Made by a program: the position numbers and the translations under genes
Shown here: positions 14,613 to 29,624 of the stretch, in pieces
Numbering within the stretch: position 1 is the first letter of the stretch
Layout of the letters: each line of letters starts with the position of its first letter
DNA from: the human T2T-CHM13v2.0 reference genome, Homo sapiens
DNA: 64,000 nucleotides
Strand: one strand, 5' to 3'
Assembly: GCF_009914755.1 (NCBI RefSeq)
Contig: NC_060934.1
Notes under the pieces: model-generated
Database searches by the model: none
What the model saw: only the letters and a program-made list of their open reading frames with translations
Told to the model about the DNA's origin: nothing

Positions 14613-16489
14613 TGGGTGGGTTTTTATTCATGAGAGCACACACACACGGACACACGTACAATTCTCTAGACTAGTATAGAATTAACCAAAATTCACCATG
14701 AAAATTAAATCACGTGACCCCCATCAAAAAGGCCAAAGTATCCTGTGCTGGTTTCCAGTATACTTCTTGAGAATTCACTTACCATCATTGACAGAGAGAA
14801 AATATTGTTGTAATTCGTTACAGCACCAGGACCAACTGATGAGTGGGATGTTTTGGGTAACTTGTTTCCAAATTTTTAAAACTTAATAAGCATACGCAAA
14901 ATGTGCTCGACAGAAAAGGAATTTTAGAGCCACCTTTCCCTCAGGGCTGGGAGCATTTGTAATACTGCGTGTGGAGGGCTCCAGCGCAGGGAACCATGAT
15001 TGACAGCAGCCACCATGTGATGGATGGATGACCAGATTGATGTATTGATAAGGCCAGGCTTGCAGAAGAGAACTCTGAAGAGCAGGTTTTTCTGGTTCCA
15101 ACAAATTAAATCACAGTCACATTTTTCTTCAATTAGTGACCCATATCTGTTTTCACTTTCTCCCAATCCTTCTGCTGGTCCCATGGATGCCCCCTCCCCC
15201 TTAAGCCCCCACTCATTGTCCCCACCCCTTGTCACCTGGACATTTTTCCTTCCCCTGTGATAATGGAGTCATCATCCCATGTCCTTTCTTGCAAACTTGA
15301 CAGGGTATTAGAGGCATCTTCTTCCTCCTAGGCTTCTGTTGCCTTTGAAGTGAGGTAGAGCATTTGTCTATGGGATGGGGAAGAGTGAGTGTCCAGATTC
15401 CAGTTGCACCTCTCGATTGCAGACAATTTCTACTGCATCTCCCAAGGGCAAACACAAGTCACCATCATGAATTTACACTTTGTTCTCAATTGCCCACTCC
15501 AACCTCCTATCTAGAGTCACATAAGCATGAGAAATGAATGTTGTCTCATTCAATCTTTATAATCCCTTGGGCACAGATGAGAAAAAGGCTTTGGAGAGGT
15601 TAAATAACTATTAATAAGAAGAGGGATTGTGATTCGATCACTGCATTAACTGACTCTCACCATTCTTCTGTACTGTCCACAAAACTTTGCTATAAATTAT
15701 AAAACAAAAGTTTAACTAGATAATCATTATATATACAAGATTCTAAATAAGCTAATTCACTCTCCCTATGGTTTCCTATTTTCTACCTCCTTCCAGATCA
15801 TTCTTCCAGGTGCGGCCTCAGCTCCCTCTCCCTCGAAACCCAGTGGATGATTCTAACTTCCCGGTCACCTCTTCCTTTCCTACCAACCCCCCACTGCCAC
15901 TCAGAAGCTGTCAGAAAACACATTTAAGCAAACTAAAAATAGCAAACCCAGAATACTCCCCAGCAAGGAGAAAGAAGCTAATCATCTTCAAAGAAGCTGA
16001 AAGGATTTCAAGAATGGTGAAACATTCACAAATATAGAATTGTGTTGTATAAGTTAACTGGCAATGCTGTACCACCTTGTAAAAATTCAGATAACAGCTC
16101 ATGTGCCTGTAGTCCTGTACAGTTTATAAAGCACCAATGCACTTTAACTGCACAGCATATTATGGCATAGATGCCATTATTAGGTCCATTTTTACAGAGG
16201 CGAAAGCTGAGGCACACAGCAGTTGCATGACTTCCCCACAATTAGTCAATATGAGAAGTGAAGTCAGGTTTTCTAACTTAAGAGCCTGTGTTGTTTCCAC
16301 TCTCCCACACAGCTATTTGTTGAATTAAATTTTCAGATCAATGCACTTTTATTTCTTCTTTTTCCAAATAACAACAGATACAATTCAGAAAGAGCTAAGA
16401 GCCTCATCTAACATTCTGCAGCTTAGACCTCCTCCTGCTGCCAAATTTAGAAGTCATGGACCTTCGTGTATTCTTTCAAAAGTTAACTA

Positions 16490-18270
16490 GGTTTTAAATA
16501 AGTGGAGAAAATATGGATTATTTAATAAAAGAATCTAGGACAAGTAGGAAGCTACTTGGGGGAAGAGAAACTTGGATCCAATACCTCACTTGTTACACAA
16601 AAATAAATTCCAGTGGATTAAAGATTTAAATGTGAAAATAAATCCCTAAAAAACCTAGAAGAGAACATCATTCCCATCCCTCACCATCCCACTCCACCCC
16701 ATCCCACCCGCTGCTGCTTAGGGTTTAGAATCTCTGAGTGGGAAAGGGCTAAGTATGACACAAACAGAGAAGCCATAAAGAATAAGATTGATATATTTGA
16801 CTACATTTAAAAGATCTGCATGTTTAAAAGTCACCACCATTAACCAAGTCAGAAGTCAGAAAACAAATCGGGGGAAGTATTTGAAACCTATACTCAGGAA
16901 GAAGACTAATTTTGTCATATATAAGCAAATCACACAAATAAATAAGGAAACACACACACCCAATAAAACATAAGCAAAAGATAGAAAGGATGGTTTATAG
17001 AAATACTCGTAGCCCTTAAATAGATGAAAAGATGCACAACCTCACTCATATTGAAGAAAAAGCAAATGAAAACTCCACTGGGATAGCTTCTTCTACATTT
17101 CATATTTGCAAGCAACCCAAAGTTTGAGAGTACACCATGTGTGATGAGCGTGAGACAACGGGCCCATCACCTCTCCGGTGTGTAATCTGAGTGTAAACTG
17201 GTACATTGTCAATGGAGAGCAATTTGCAGATTGGCAATAGCTATACAAATTTAAATGCACATATAGAGGATTTAAGCAAATTATCTGTCATCAAAATGCC
17301 ATCAAGTGTAAATGATAGAACTTGGATTTGACTCCAAACCCCATGCTATTGGCACAGTCCAGAGCTGGAAGACTACACAACCAGAGCAGCCTCTATCTAC
17401 ACATTAAACAGCTATTTAATATGTACCTATGAATGCAAGTAACATTTTCCATTTTTAATATTTAAATTTTCCTATAGATTTAGGGGGTGTAAGTGTTGTT
17501 TTGTTACATGGATATAATAGTTATAAAAAGTCCAGGCTTTTAGTGTAGCCATTACCTGAATAGTATATATTGTACTCATTCAGTAATTTTATAATATCTC
17601 CCCCTCTGTCCCACACCCTTCCAAGTATCCAATGTCTATTATTCCACTCTTTAGGTCCATGTGTACACAAGATTTAGCTCCCACTTGTAAGTGAGAACAT
17701 GCAGTATCTGACTTTCTGTGTCTGAGTTATTCACTTAAGATAGTGGCTTCCAGTTCCATCCATGTTGCTGCAAGAGACATAATTTCATTCTTTTTTTCGT
17801 GGCTGAGTAGTACTCCATTGTATATTTCATATATATCACATTTTCTTTAACCAATCATCCATTGATGAACACTTAGGTTGATTTCATATCTTTCCTGTTG
17901 TGAATAGTTCTGCAACAAACATACCATTGTAACACATTCAATTTTTAAAAACAGACTTATTTTTTAGAGCAGTTTTAGGTTCACAGCAAAATTGAGCAGA
18001 AGGTAAAGAGATATCTCACACACCTTGTGCCCTTACAAATGCATAGCCTCCCCCATTCCCAGCGTCCCCCACCAGAGTGGTACATTTGTTAGAATCGGTG
18101 AGCCTACGCTGATACATCATTGCCACCCAAATTCTGTAGTTTACACAGGAGGGTTCGCTTTTGGGTTTGGGTAAACGTATAATGACCATTATAAGTGTCA
18201 TACAGAGTAGCTTCACTGCCCTAAACATCCCCTGTGCTCTGCCTAGGCATCCCTCAACTTCTTTAATTTT
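16490..18270. mobile_element. Cluster of old L1 fragments (+ strand ~16490-17260; - strand 3' ends ~17455-17930 and ~17940-18270)
   Basis: aaaataaattccagtggattaaagatttaaatgtg; gctcccacttgtaagtgagaacatgcagtat; gagcagttttaggttcacagcaaaattgagcag. Confidence 0.8.
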
Positions 18271-19992
18271 CATGATAAAATTGGAAGAAAAGTGTTTATT
18301 ATGTATGTTTTATGTATGAAGAGACTGCAGCTCAGAGAGGTTAAGTTTATTGCCCACAGCCACATAGCTGCTAAGTGGCAAAACCAGGCTCAAAGCCAGG
18401 GCTAGCTTTTCTTTCTACAGAACTGCTGCCTCCAACACCTGCCTCTGCCCTGAGCATGTTGCCCTCTAGAATCCGAAAAGCTCTGTAGGTGGAGGGACTT
18501 GTGTTACAAGATGCTGGTCCTCAAGATTTGTTGGTCAAATGAATGAATGGTGTAATTCTGATGTTTGCCTTTGCAGATAAAGAGAATGCTGCCTTTTTTC
18601 TGCACAAAGAAAAACAATTACAAAGCAGAAAACAAAGCAGTGAAGGCTAAAAGGAATATTAAAATTTTCTGAAATAAAGTTAGTTATTCACAGTAAAATA
18701 CTCCAGACTTTCTCCAACAGGGCCTTTGCTTTATAACCCAGAGGACTTTTAGGATAGAAAATACTGACACCAAATGGTGACAAGTAGAACTCCCATGTCT
18801 GGGACAATAGAAACATCTGAAATGAACTCTGCTCTGTCTGGCCGGCTCACTGAATGACTGCACTAGTTCCCAGAAAAATTGTCTTGTCAACAGCGCTCAA
18901 CAAGTTTCATTTTGCCGCATTTCCCACACTTGTATGTCAGGATTTGCTCCCAAGAAGCCGGTATTCCTTCTCTGCCACCAGAATCCCAGAACACGCCAGG
19001 TGCAGCCCACTGTTGGCTGCACTCTTAAGTCCTAGTTTTCTCTGCCTTGGTCTACAGTGCGTGAATGTGCATATCCACATATGCACATGCAAATGGATGT
19101 ATGCATGTGTATATTCATAAACTCATGTTTCAGGGTCCAAAATCCCTCACCTTTCCTTATGTATACAGAGAAAATGTGAGCTTTGTTATTTTGTCTATAG
19201 AAGAGCTGATTTACTTTCTTCTTGCTGGGATGTGGGAAAAGAACTAAAGCTTAGTTCCATCTTGCCATTTCAGTCCAATCCAATAGTTTTAACTGTCCCA
19301 TCAGATAATTCAGTTTTCTCTGCTTTGATAACTTCAGGAAATGTAATATCTTTCAAAGTTCTGTCCCTTCCCTTCAAGGTGGTATCCGGGTACATGGGAG
19401 ACGCATGTGGCTATTTGTCTTTGTGGCATTGTAGAACACTGTCTCATGGGTTGGCTGGTGAAGTGGAGCTGGTACTCAACAGGGAGGAAATACCTTCCAA
19501 TGCCCTGCTTTCTGCCATCTGGCAAGGGCTTGGTGGTGCAAGTTTGAGTTGTCCAGACTATAAAGGAAAATGCCTCACCAATTAAAAGTAGTTGTTTAAT
19601 TTAACAAACCCAAATATCAATAGAGAGTAGGGAAGGAGTCTATGCCTCTCTATCTTTTTAGCTTTACATGAAGGAGGACAACTGGAGTTATCCATCTCAG
19701 CCGTGCTCAACAAATATTCTAAACCAGTGGTTTTTCAAGGTCGGTGGCACAGGAGGATAACTATGGAGTTTGTAAAAAACATGAATACTCACCCCCACCC
19801 CCACCCTTTGGGATTCAGATTCTATTAGTGTGCAATGGAGCCTGTTCACTGATATTTTAAAAACTCAGGTAGTTTATTGTGTAGCCAGGGTTGTGAACCA
19901 AAGTTCTACACAGAGAACAAATATTTATGTAACAATGTATTCATGTAACAGGCAAACTGGGTTTTTGTTTGTTTGTTTTTGCTTTGTATCCA

Positions 19993-20342
19993 TTGCTCTG
20001 GGCTGAATGTTTGTTTCATCCACAAATTCACATGTTTTTGCCTTAATCCCCCATTTGAGATTAGGTGTATTTGGAGTTATACCTTTGGGAGTAATTAGGA
20101 CATGAGTGTGGAGCCCTCCTGAACGGGATTAGTGCCCTTAAAGGAGGAAACACGAGAGAGATGATCTCGTTCCCCACCATGTGAGGATACAGCAAGAAGG
20201 TGGCCATCTGCAAACCAGAGCTAGTGCCCTCACCAGGAAACTTTTCAGCTGGCACCTTGATGTTGGATTTCCCAGACTCTAGAATGGAGAGAAATAAACT
20301 TCTCTGGTAATTTTGTTACAGCATCCTGAAGTGACTAAGACA
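19993..20342 (+). mobile_element. MLT1A/MST-type MaLR solo LTR (MER5A-like element just upstream, ~19725-19902)
   Basis: tgctctgggctgaatgtttg...ccagactctagaatggagagaaataaa...gactaagaca. Confidence 0.75.
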
Positions 20343-21736
20343 CCCTGGTGATCTGGGAGACTCCAATGTGTGGAATTTACCTAGTTTTCCTCTAAGAGCT
20401 GCCAGCCTCCTCTTGGATTTTCCTGGCACTCTTCCCCTTCTCTCCCTGTGCCCTCCTCCTAAGTTATCTAAGGCAAACCTCTTCCTCCAGTAGAAGTTCT
20501 TTCTGTTGGACACTCTTCTGCCCTTTCTAATAGAGCTGAGATTTACTAGTAGTACATAGGTTTACTTCCGCTGAGAATAAGTAATCTGCTCTCTCAGAAG
20601 CTTTGGAAAGGAGCTAGGCCCTTTTTCACCAAGTTAAAACATTTCAGTTAAATATAATCACACCATTTAGCACCTAATTATAAACTATTACCTCCACAAT
20701 TTAAAAATATTGAATATGAGATTTTGTTATTTTTAAAAAGTAAACAATTACTCACAGAGCTTTATAAAAAAAGATTACTATGTTGAAAGTGAGTCCCTAC
20801 TTCCCCCTACCCCCATCAAATTATTCTCTCTGAGAAACACACGTTTAAAATAAATCTCAAATTCGTTGCATTGAGAGCTGAGTTTGGTACCAAATTCACG
20901 ATGTGACATTGTTTCTGCTGGGCCGTTGAACCCCTTTTTCCTCCCAGGTGGTGATGAAAGACTTTCACTTCCTGGCAAAGAATAAGAGAGGGTTTTGGCT
21001 GCATCCCCAGCAAAACCAGCTTTAGATAAATGGTTTGGCACAAACACTTGTGGGCCTGAGCTCTCCCCTTCTATGCATTAGGGGTGTGTCACTGACAGAA
21101 TTCTCACTGGTCTCTCTGGATGGAAGAGGAATGGTGTTCACAGCCTATACTTTGGGCTGTCATCTATGTACAAAGACATGTGCTAAGCCCTCTAAGACAT
21201 ACAAAGAAGGTTACACTCTAAATGGGAAGACGAGCCATACTTGTCTACATAAAGGAAGGTGGTCAGGGGCAGAAGGTAATTGAAACAGGGTAAGTATCAA
21301 CAATGTGTTATTAAGGTGAGTTCCCAGGAAGCCAGCCCTGAGATGGGAATTTGTGTGCAGAAGTCTATTGGGGATGCCCTTGGGATCATCATCTATGGGA
21401 GCATGAAGGAGGAGATTGGGCAGAGAAAGAGTTGAACCACTATTTGATTGTAGTACAGATCTCAGCCAATCTAATAGGATGCTCTAGAGTTAGGCTGGCC
21501 CTTCAGAGTTGTCACCCCTTGAAATGAGATGACCTGACCTTTGTAACCTTCCCCCGATCATTGACCAATAAGTGGAGGGGTCTGTCCTTAGGCAAGTGTC
21601 TCTCTTTGTCAGTGAGCCATCAGCTCTGCCATTGTCAGTAGCAAAAGGAATGGTGACTCCATCCTGAAGGGGTCTCTGGGCAGCTCACCACAGCATCCAC
21701 TACAGAGGGAGATCTGTGACCTTGAAGATAAATGTG

Positions 21737-22053
21737 TTTTTGGTTGTTGCTGTTTTGCTTTTTTTTCTTTGAGATGGAGTCTTGCTCTGTTGCTCAGGCT
21801 GGAGTACAGCAGTGTGATCTCGGCTCAGTGCAAGGTCTGCCTCCCAGGTTCAAGTGATTCTCCTGCCTCAGCCTCCTGAGTAGCTGAGATTACAGGTGTG
21901 TGCCACTATGCTCAGCTAATTTTTGTATTTTTAGTAGAGACAGGGTTTCACCATGTAGGTCAGGCTGGTCTCAAACTCCTGACCTCAGTTGATCCTCCTG
22001 CCTCGGCCTCCCAAAGTGCTGGGATTACAGGTGTGAGCCACTGTGCCTGGGCC
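21737..22053 (-). mobile_element. AluSx-like
   Basis: Full antisense Alu; TSD-like gataaatgt. Confidence 0.95.
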
Positions 22054-22410
22054 AAGGATAAATGTTTATAGCACGAGGGAAAAAGGTACATTAGTAAGGC
22101 ACTGGGAGTAACTGGGGAATCTGAAGCGTATTGTTATGATCAGTCTCTACTTGCTATTCATTTCACTCTGATAAGACCATCTCAATCCCCTAGTGTTATA
22201 AACACTACAAATACTACTATAGCATAAAATGTCCTCCATAAGATCCAGTAAAGAATAGCTGAAATATTTAGCTGACTCTTTTCAAACCATAAAGGTCAAA
22301 CACATTTCAAGTTTAGTTTAATTCTATTTTACAGTTTTGGTTTTATAACCCAAAACTATTGTTTTCCAATTCACTGTCTAAATAATTGTGAGATTCTGTC
22401 TGTCTCTCTC

Positions 22411-22706
22411 TTTATTTATTTATTTATGAAATCAGATCTGGCTCTGTTGCCCAGGCTGGAGTGCAATGGCACAGTCATGGCTCATTATAGCCTCAACCTT
22501 CTGGGTTCAAGCAATCCTCCTGCTTCAGCCTTCTGAGTAGCTGCGAAGACAGGCGTGCACCACCACACTCAACTAATTTTTTTACTTTTATTTTTGTAGA
22601 GATGGAGTCCTGTTTTGTTGCCCAGGCTGGTCTCAAACTCCTGGTCTCAAATGATCCTCCTACCTCAGCCTCTCAAAATGCTGGGATTATAGGCATGAGC
22701 CTGGCC
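22411..22706 (-). mobile_element. AluJ-like, followed by L1 and L2 fragments to ~23200
   Basis: Antisense Alu with (TTTA)n tail; L2 3' end gtgcctggcacatagtaggcac...tgaatgaatgaatg. Confidence 0.88.
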
Positions 22707-25700
22707 TCAATTTTTTTTTAAGGTAGTCTTTTTTTTTTCCAGTAGTTTTTGGGGAACAAGTGGTGTTTGGTTACATGGATAAGTTGTTTAGGTGTGATTT
22801 CTGAGACTTTGATGTACCCATCCTCTCTCCTTTTACAATGATTTCTTTATGATGTGCCTCCTTGGTCTGGCACATTTATGCCTGTTTCCATCGCTACCAT
22901 CATTAGTTTCTTTCAGATCTTTGCTAAAATGTCACCTCCTCAATAAAGCCTAATTGGATAATCTTAGACTGCCATCCCAACCCTGGCATACGCTGTCCCC
23001 TTTATTTCTCTCTACAGCATTTATCACCATCTGGCCTGCTTGAGATTCTTGAATAATTTTATTTATTGTCTGTTTCCTTCTAGTAACAGACAAGTATGTA
23101 AATCCCATGAGGCAGGGGTTGTTTTATTCACTCTGTATTATTAATGCCTAGAAGTGCCTGGCACATAGTAGGCACACAGTCAATATGCATTGAATGAATG
23201 AATGGTCCCAGCTGAGGCTTCCACGGTTCTCTTCTGGCCATTTGCAATAGTGACCCAGCTGGAGTAGCAGCTTCAGCTCTCTGCACCTTCCAGGAATCCC
23301 GTTTTGGACCACGGGATATACACATCACTGCAGGGCTGCCTTCTGTGGCCCTGCCTCGGGCCTGCCACTGTCCTGCTCAGAAGCTCCCATGACTTCTTAG
23401 TGCCAACTCAGGCTCTGGGTGGTCTCTGAGGTCTGCTCCAAACCTAACTTCTCTCCTTTTCTCCCATCTGCTCAAATCCTTCCAGCCCTCCTGGCCCCCG
23501 ACAGGCTCCCTCTCATGTGAATGCCCTTCCTGCCACCCTTTCCTGCCCTCCTCTGAATTCCTCCAGCAGATGAGTGTAAGGGGGCAAGTTAAACATCTTC
23601 CAGGGCCTTCTGAAGAATGTGAGGATAAATGGTAAAGCATTTCACAAAGCCTAACATCTTTAGAGATGACTATTATTGCCAGTATGTCATGATAGTATTA
23701 TTGTATCATAAACTTCTCAATTCAGTAATAGATGTCTGGAAGGTTGAAGCTAAAGCATCAAGCCACATTCTCCAGTTTACCAGTAATAAAGCTGATCTTG
23801 TGACTCTGGTCACAGTGGTGTGCTGGAGTCAGCTGCTGCCAGCTCACAAGAACCCATGGCTAAATGTTCTGGAACTCTGCGAGCCGACTGCTAAACATTC
23901 ACATGCGCCCCACTGCCAACTGACCCATGCTTGTTTTGCAGTCAGTTCATAAGCTGCAGGAGAGAAAGATGTGTTTAACTGCTTACCTTAGAGACGTTAT
24001 CAGTCAAGAAAAAGAATTAAAAGGATCTGGTGACAGAAGTGAAGGAACAGTTTGGGGAGTGATGATGAGTAGTTCTGTTTCAGGCATTTTGAATAATATT
24101 TTTCAGTGGAATGTAAACGGGCCTGGTGCTGAAGAGAGAGAAATGGGCTAGAGATAAAGATTTGGAAGTTATGGGATATTGGCAGGACTGGAGGATTTTA
24201 CCCCCGGATACCCAGGAGCCATGGCCCCAACCACTGATCCACAGCACAACGTCTATCATCTCACTCAGGCTCTGTTCTCATTCTCTCCAGTGGCCCCAAG
24301 TCATATCTTATTATAATTGTCTCCTGATTCCTTCCCTTCTTTCTCCCTCCTCAATTCACCCCATTCATTATTGCCTGATTAATTTCCCTAAGGCACCATT
24401 TTGATCACCTTCTGTGTTTGCTTAAACACCTTCAGCAGCTCCTAACTCTTTGCAAATAAAATCCCAACTGTCCTATTCAAATTTGTCCTTGAGGCAAATC
24501 CCTGTACTTTCTCCCCTCCATGCCTGATATTCATGCTGTCACCCATAATTTTGTATACAGTTAAGTTTAATAAACATTTTGGAATAAAGACTAGAAGTCA
24601 CAAATAAGCTGCTGTTGTCCATCAGTTCCATTGTTCTAACTATCACTTCTCATGTTGTAGATGAAGGTGAACCCCTGTTATAACTAAAATATAGAAATTT
24701 CTTGTACTTGTTAGGCACCCAACATATATAGCTACCAAATGCTTCTTAATGGCAAGAAACAAATTTTCCAAGGTTTATTTTTCATTCAAGACACTCTACA
24801 CATGCTCCTGGCAAGGCAGTTCTAAGCTCCAGAAGACACTTGCTGCCAAGAACCAAACACAGCTGTTCAGGCAACAGAGGAAGCTGGTGCTCGGTGAAAA
24901 ACCAAACCAAAACAAAACCCTGCCCGCACATTTGAGGATGGCACAGGTCCCAGATCTACACCTTGAAACGAATAGAAGATACAAGATATTTGATATAAAA
25001 GAAAATGAAAGTGCCGGAAACAGAAGTTTTCTCTCTCAAACTGACTTCCTCCAACGTGCACAGAGAATAACAACAGGACTCCTAAGGATAAAAATAGTGT
25101 TTGCTGATGGGAAGAGGGCTACTTCTCCACTGAACCATGGAAAACCTAAAATCCTCCCCATTGTTTCCTGCCCCATACACTTGTACTCAATAAAGATCTC
25201 TAAGAATGATCATGTGGAGACTAAATATTACCCAAAATGGAAAAAATTTAAAAACAATCCCGAACTAAGGGGAGAAGTGGCTGCCTGGGAGCATCAGCAT
25301 GGAAACCAGTGAGCAGCTGTGTTCTTTGTTTCCTCATAGCCATCATCACCTGAACAGGCAGGAGCATTGGTCACATCTGCCAGCATCATGGGAGTGGCAG
25401 CATGAAAGGGAGGACAGAACAGTGGCCCAGCTCCCATGTGGACCAGGCAGGCAGTTGTCATGCTATCTTATTCATCACTTACAATGTGAAGAAGTTGGCA
25501 CTATGACTGCTATTTTACATGTTGGAAACTGCGAACCCCCCATGGGGTAAGGGAATGGCCCAAGCTCATACATCTGGTAAGTAGCAGGTGGTTCAGGCTT
25601 GTGTAGCTCCTGAGGCACCAATACTTCCAGTTGCATTCAAAAGGGTGCTGTAGGTGTTCTACAAAACAAACAAAGAAAAGGTAAGCATGTTGAGAATACA

Positions 25701-28235
25701 GTGGGCGAACACAGTTTATTACAAACCTTTAATGTTCTAACACACATTGTATAGAGTTTCTCTGGTTTCCCTACACTTAATTCACTGCAGAATTTTTGTT
25801 TTGCCTGGAACACTTCATGGGACCAGTGTTCCCATAAATCATTGCAGGACACCCCTCTGGTCTCATTAGAGTCTTAGGTCTGTTTTATTTTTTTGTCTTG
25901 TTTTGTTTTCTTTTTTGAGACAGGGTCTCACTCTGTTACCCAGGCTGGAGAGCAGTGGCATGGACAGGGCTCTTTGCAGCCCCGATCTACTGGGCTCAAG
26001 TGATCCTCCTGTGTCAGCTCTTCCTAAGCGGGCTGGCACCACTTTTGGAAGAGTCTAGGGAAAGCAAAAGACCATTGGGAAGGATTGTGACAGGATTACC
26101 TACAAAGTATATGGGAACACAGGGAAGGGAAGGGGGAACAAGGAGAAACCTGCACTATTACAATAGCAATGGACAGTTCTTGGAACTTGCATGCCAGTGG
26201 TCTTTGAAGTGCTTTAGTCCTCATAGCCACCTGTAAGATAGAAATCATTCTAACCCCCATTGCAGAGATAAGGGAAATAAAGCAAAGAAAGGTTAGGTTT
26301 TGAATTCAGGTAGTCTGGCTCCTAACACCTGTATTCTATTTGTTCATATTGAAGAGTCTTAAATGGAGCAGAATTCTCCACCAAGTAGCATAAACAAATA
26401 AACTTTTGTTAAGACACTGAGATTTGGAGATTATTGACCAATCTAGTAGATCAAGGAGAGTGCTCAACATCTGATGCAAAGAGCTTCAGAAAATCATAGT
26501 ATAGTAAGAAGAAATCAATTCCTGCTATTGGCAGCAATGCCAAAGAGCATAAGAGAACTCTGTATAGTGTTTTATTATTTTCAAGGCACTTCATGAGCAC
26601 GATTTAATTTAGTTCCTGAGAAGGCGATGAGACATCTGTGCTCTCAGACCTTATTTCACACCTCCCTTCACCACAGGGGATTGGTTTAACAGACATTAAT
26701 TGCTGAAAAAGCAAAAAGAGGACATTGAGGTAACTCAGAGAAAGAAACTGCAAGAAGCACACTACACCACTGGGCTGGAGCAACAAAGGGATGGAGCTGG
26801 GATTGTTGAAAACTGGAAGTTTGGAGCAGGGCTCCCATGGAGCTGGAACACAGATCTTTAATAAGGAAGTGCTGCCTGTCGTCCCTGGTGCCATAGAATT
26901 TCATAGGGAAACCTCTGCAGAGCTGGGGCTCAGACTTTTGAGGAGATGTCACCTAAGTGGTATTGATACCTCTGAAGGGTACAGTAAGACTGGGTCTGGT
27001 TGTGCAGAAAAGAAAAAAAGAAAAAGAAAAAAGCTAAAGACTAGAACCAATCACTGCTGTCTGAGTAGAGAACCATTACTGCGAAGACCCTGACCTTTGT
27101 AGCAGCAAGCAAACAAAAAAGGTCACCTCTTTCCTCTTATCTAGACTTTCAGTCTCCCTCTGGTATCACCATTGGCAGAGCCTGACATAAAGTCAGCTGG
27201 CAAATGAGAAAGAGAATTTGCTCAGTCCCAGCCTCAACCTCATGGAATCCATCAGAAAAAAGGTAGATTTGCAGCTGAGAGATGATAGCCTGATAACCAG
27301 ACAGGCATCAGTACATTTGAAATTTTTGTTGGTAATGTTTTCAATACCAGTGACTCAAAGCAAATTAAAATGTGACATTGTTTAATATGATATTTTGATG
27401 ATTTAGTAGTTTCACAAAACATATATATCCGATTTCAGATTGAACTGGAATGTCTCTAAAAACAAAACATAAATTACTACGAACTGACATTTATTGAAAG
27501 TGCTACCTTTGTGTCAAGCACTCTGCCCAGCAGGTTATGTGGGCTATCTCAGTCCTCATTTTACAGATGGGGTAAAGCTGAGGCTTAAAGAAGTTAAGCA
27601 ACTTGCTTTGAAGCTTCAGAGCAATAGAGACAGAATTTTTATGGGCAGCCTGACGAAGCCTGAGCTGTTAGCCACATCTCAGTACTACCTCCCCATTCCC
27701 TTTACTGCTTAGGTGGTGCACCTTTACTATTAGGTGGCTATACCTTGGGAACGAACACAACAATCCCAGACTCTTGCTAGAATCATTTACTTAACTCCCT
27801 GCTGCAGCACCATTTGGTAGCTAAGACTGCATTCTAACATGAAGCATTCAGCTCTTCAGTAACCAAACACATAATAGTGAGGGTCAAAATAGACTCTCAT
27901 CTTCCAGTTGATCTCTAGCAAACAGTCATAGCATCCGGGAATTTCAGGGCTGCATTATAGGCCCTTACCAGATGTCTGAATTCCCTTCTGTTACAGCTCA
28001 ATAAACAGTTATCCAGCATCTGTTTGAATACTTTTCATGACTTGTAACACACAACTGTATAAAGCTGCTCTCTGTATATTTTTAGACAGCTGAGTTACTA
28101 AACAGGTCTTACTTGCGGAGAACTGGAATCTATTACTCTACAATTTCCACCTGAAGATTTCTGATTTTGCTTTCTTGAGCAACACAGAGTGCTTTACCCA
28201 TGCCTTAAGGCAGCTGTCACATGACTCTTCCCCTA

Positions 28236-28616
<381 letters not shown>

Positions 28617-29624
28617 TCAGATTGGTTATTGGAGAAGACAATACAGAGGAAGGCTCCTTGGTGGTTAAGAGTAGTCTTTTAAAATCAGACAGATCTGAGT
28701 CCAAATCCTAGCTCAATCATTTCTCAGTTGTGAAAATTCAGTAGCTCTGTGACCTTGGGCAAATTGTTTAGCCAAATGAGAAAGGTAGGACCACCTGACA
28801 GTGGTATTGTGAGGATCCTGTCAGCTAAGGCTGGTAGGTGCTTGCCTTGGCCGTGTAGTAGCTGCTCAGGAAATGAGATCTATAGAGTGTATTGGTGAAA
28901 GACAAATTTAATTTTGCACATAAAGTTATGAAAATGTCTCCTTATGGCAGTGATTATCATCTAAAAGTCATACCATCCCACTGAAGAAGACCTATTTTAG
29001 GGTTTATAACAGACTACTCTCTGGACAACCTTAATCCACTTAAAAAACTAATATATGCATACAGCATTTGGAATCCAAAGAACTGAATTCAAGATATGGC
29101 TTGGCCCCTTATTCTGTGATCTTGAATAACTGAGCCTTGGTTCTCTTGCTTATAAAATGTACCTATGTAAGTGAACAGGTGGTAATACCCACCATGAAAT
29201 ACTATGGAGCAGTTAGAAGCAACAGAGCAATTAGAATACGGATCTGGAAAACATAGTTCCAAGTGAAATAAAAAGGTGATTGGCAAAATGAGAAATGTAA
29301 CAATGCCATTTATGTAAAGTCAAAACAACCACAAGCAGAATATAACACCCATGCAAATAACAGACATCCAGTACAGTGTAATGATTGTCTACAAAAGGAG
29401 GAGAATGCAAGTGAGTTGGGAGGTTTAAAGGGGATCAATAAATAAAGACCACAGAAGGGCCTCAGTACATTTAGAAATAAATAACATGCAAACAATGATG
29501 CTTCCCTACCTTCCTCACGAGGTTACTCTGAGGAGCTAATGAGATTGTGCGTATGAAAACAAAAGTTAATTGACTGTCTTCATTATGATCTCCATATTGG
29601 ACAAATGAACTGAACAGAGATAAA

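Noticed and set aside
24749-25312. 187-aa plus-strand ORF
   Set aside because: No recognisable homology or splice structure; A-rich composition; length plausible by chance in 64 kb
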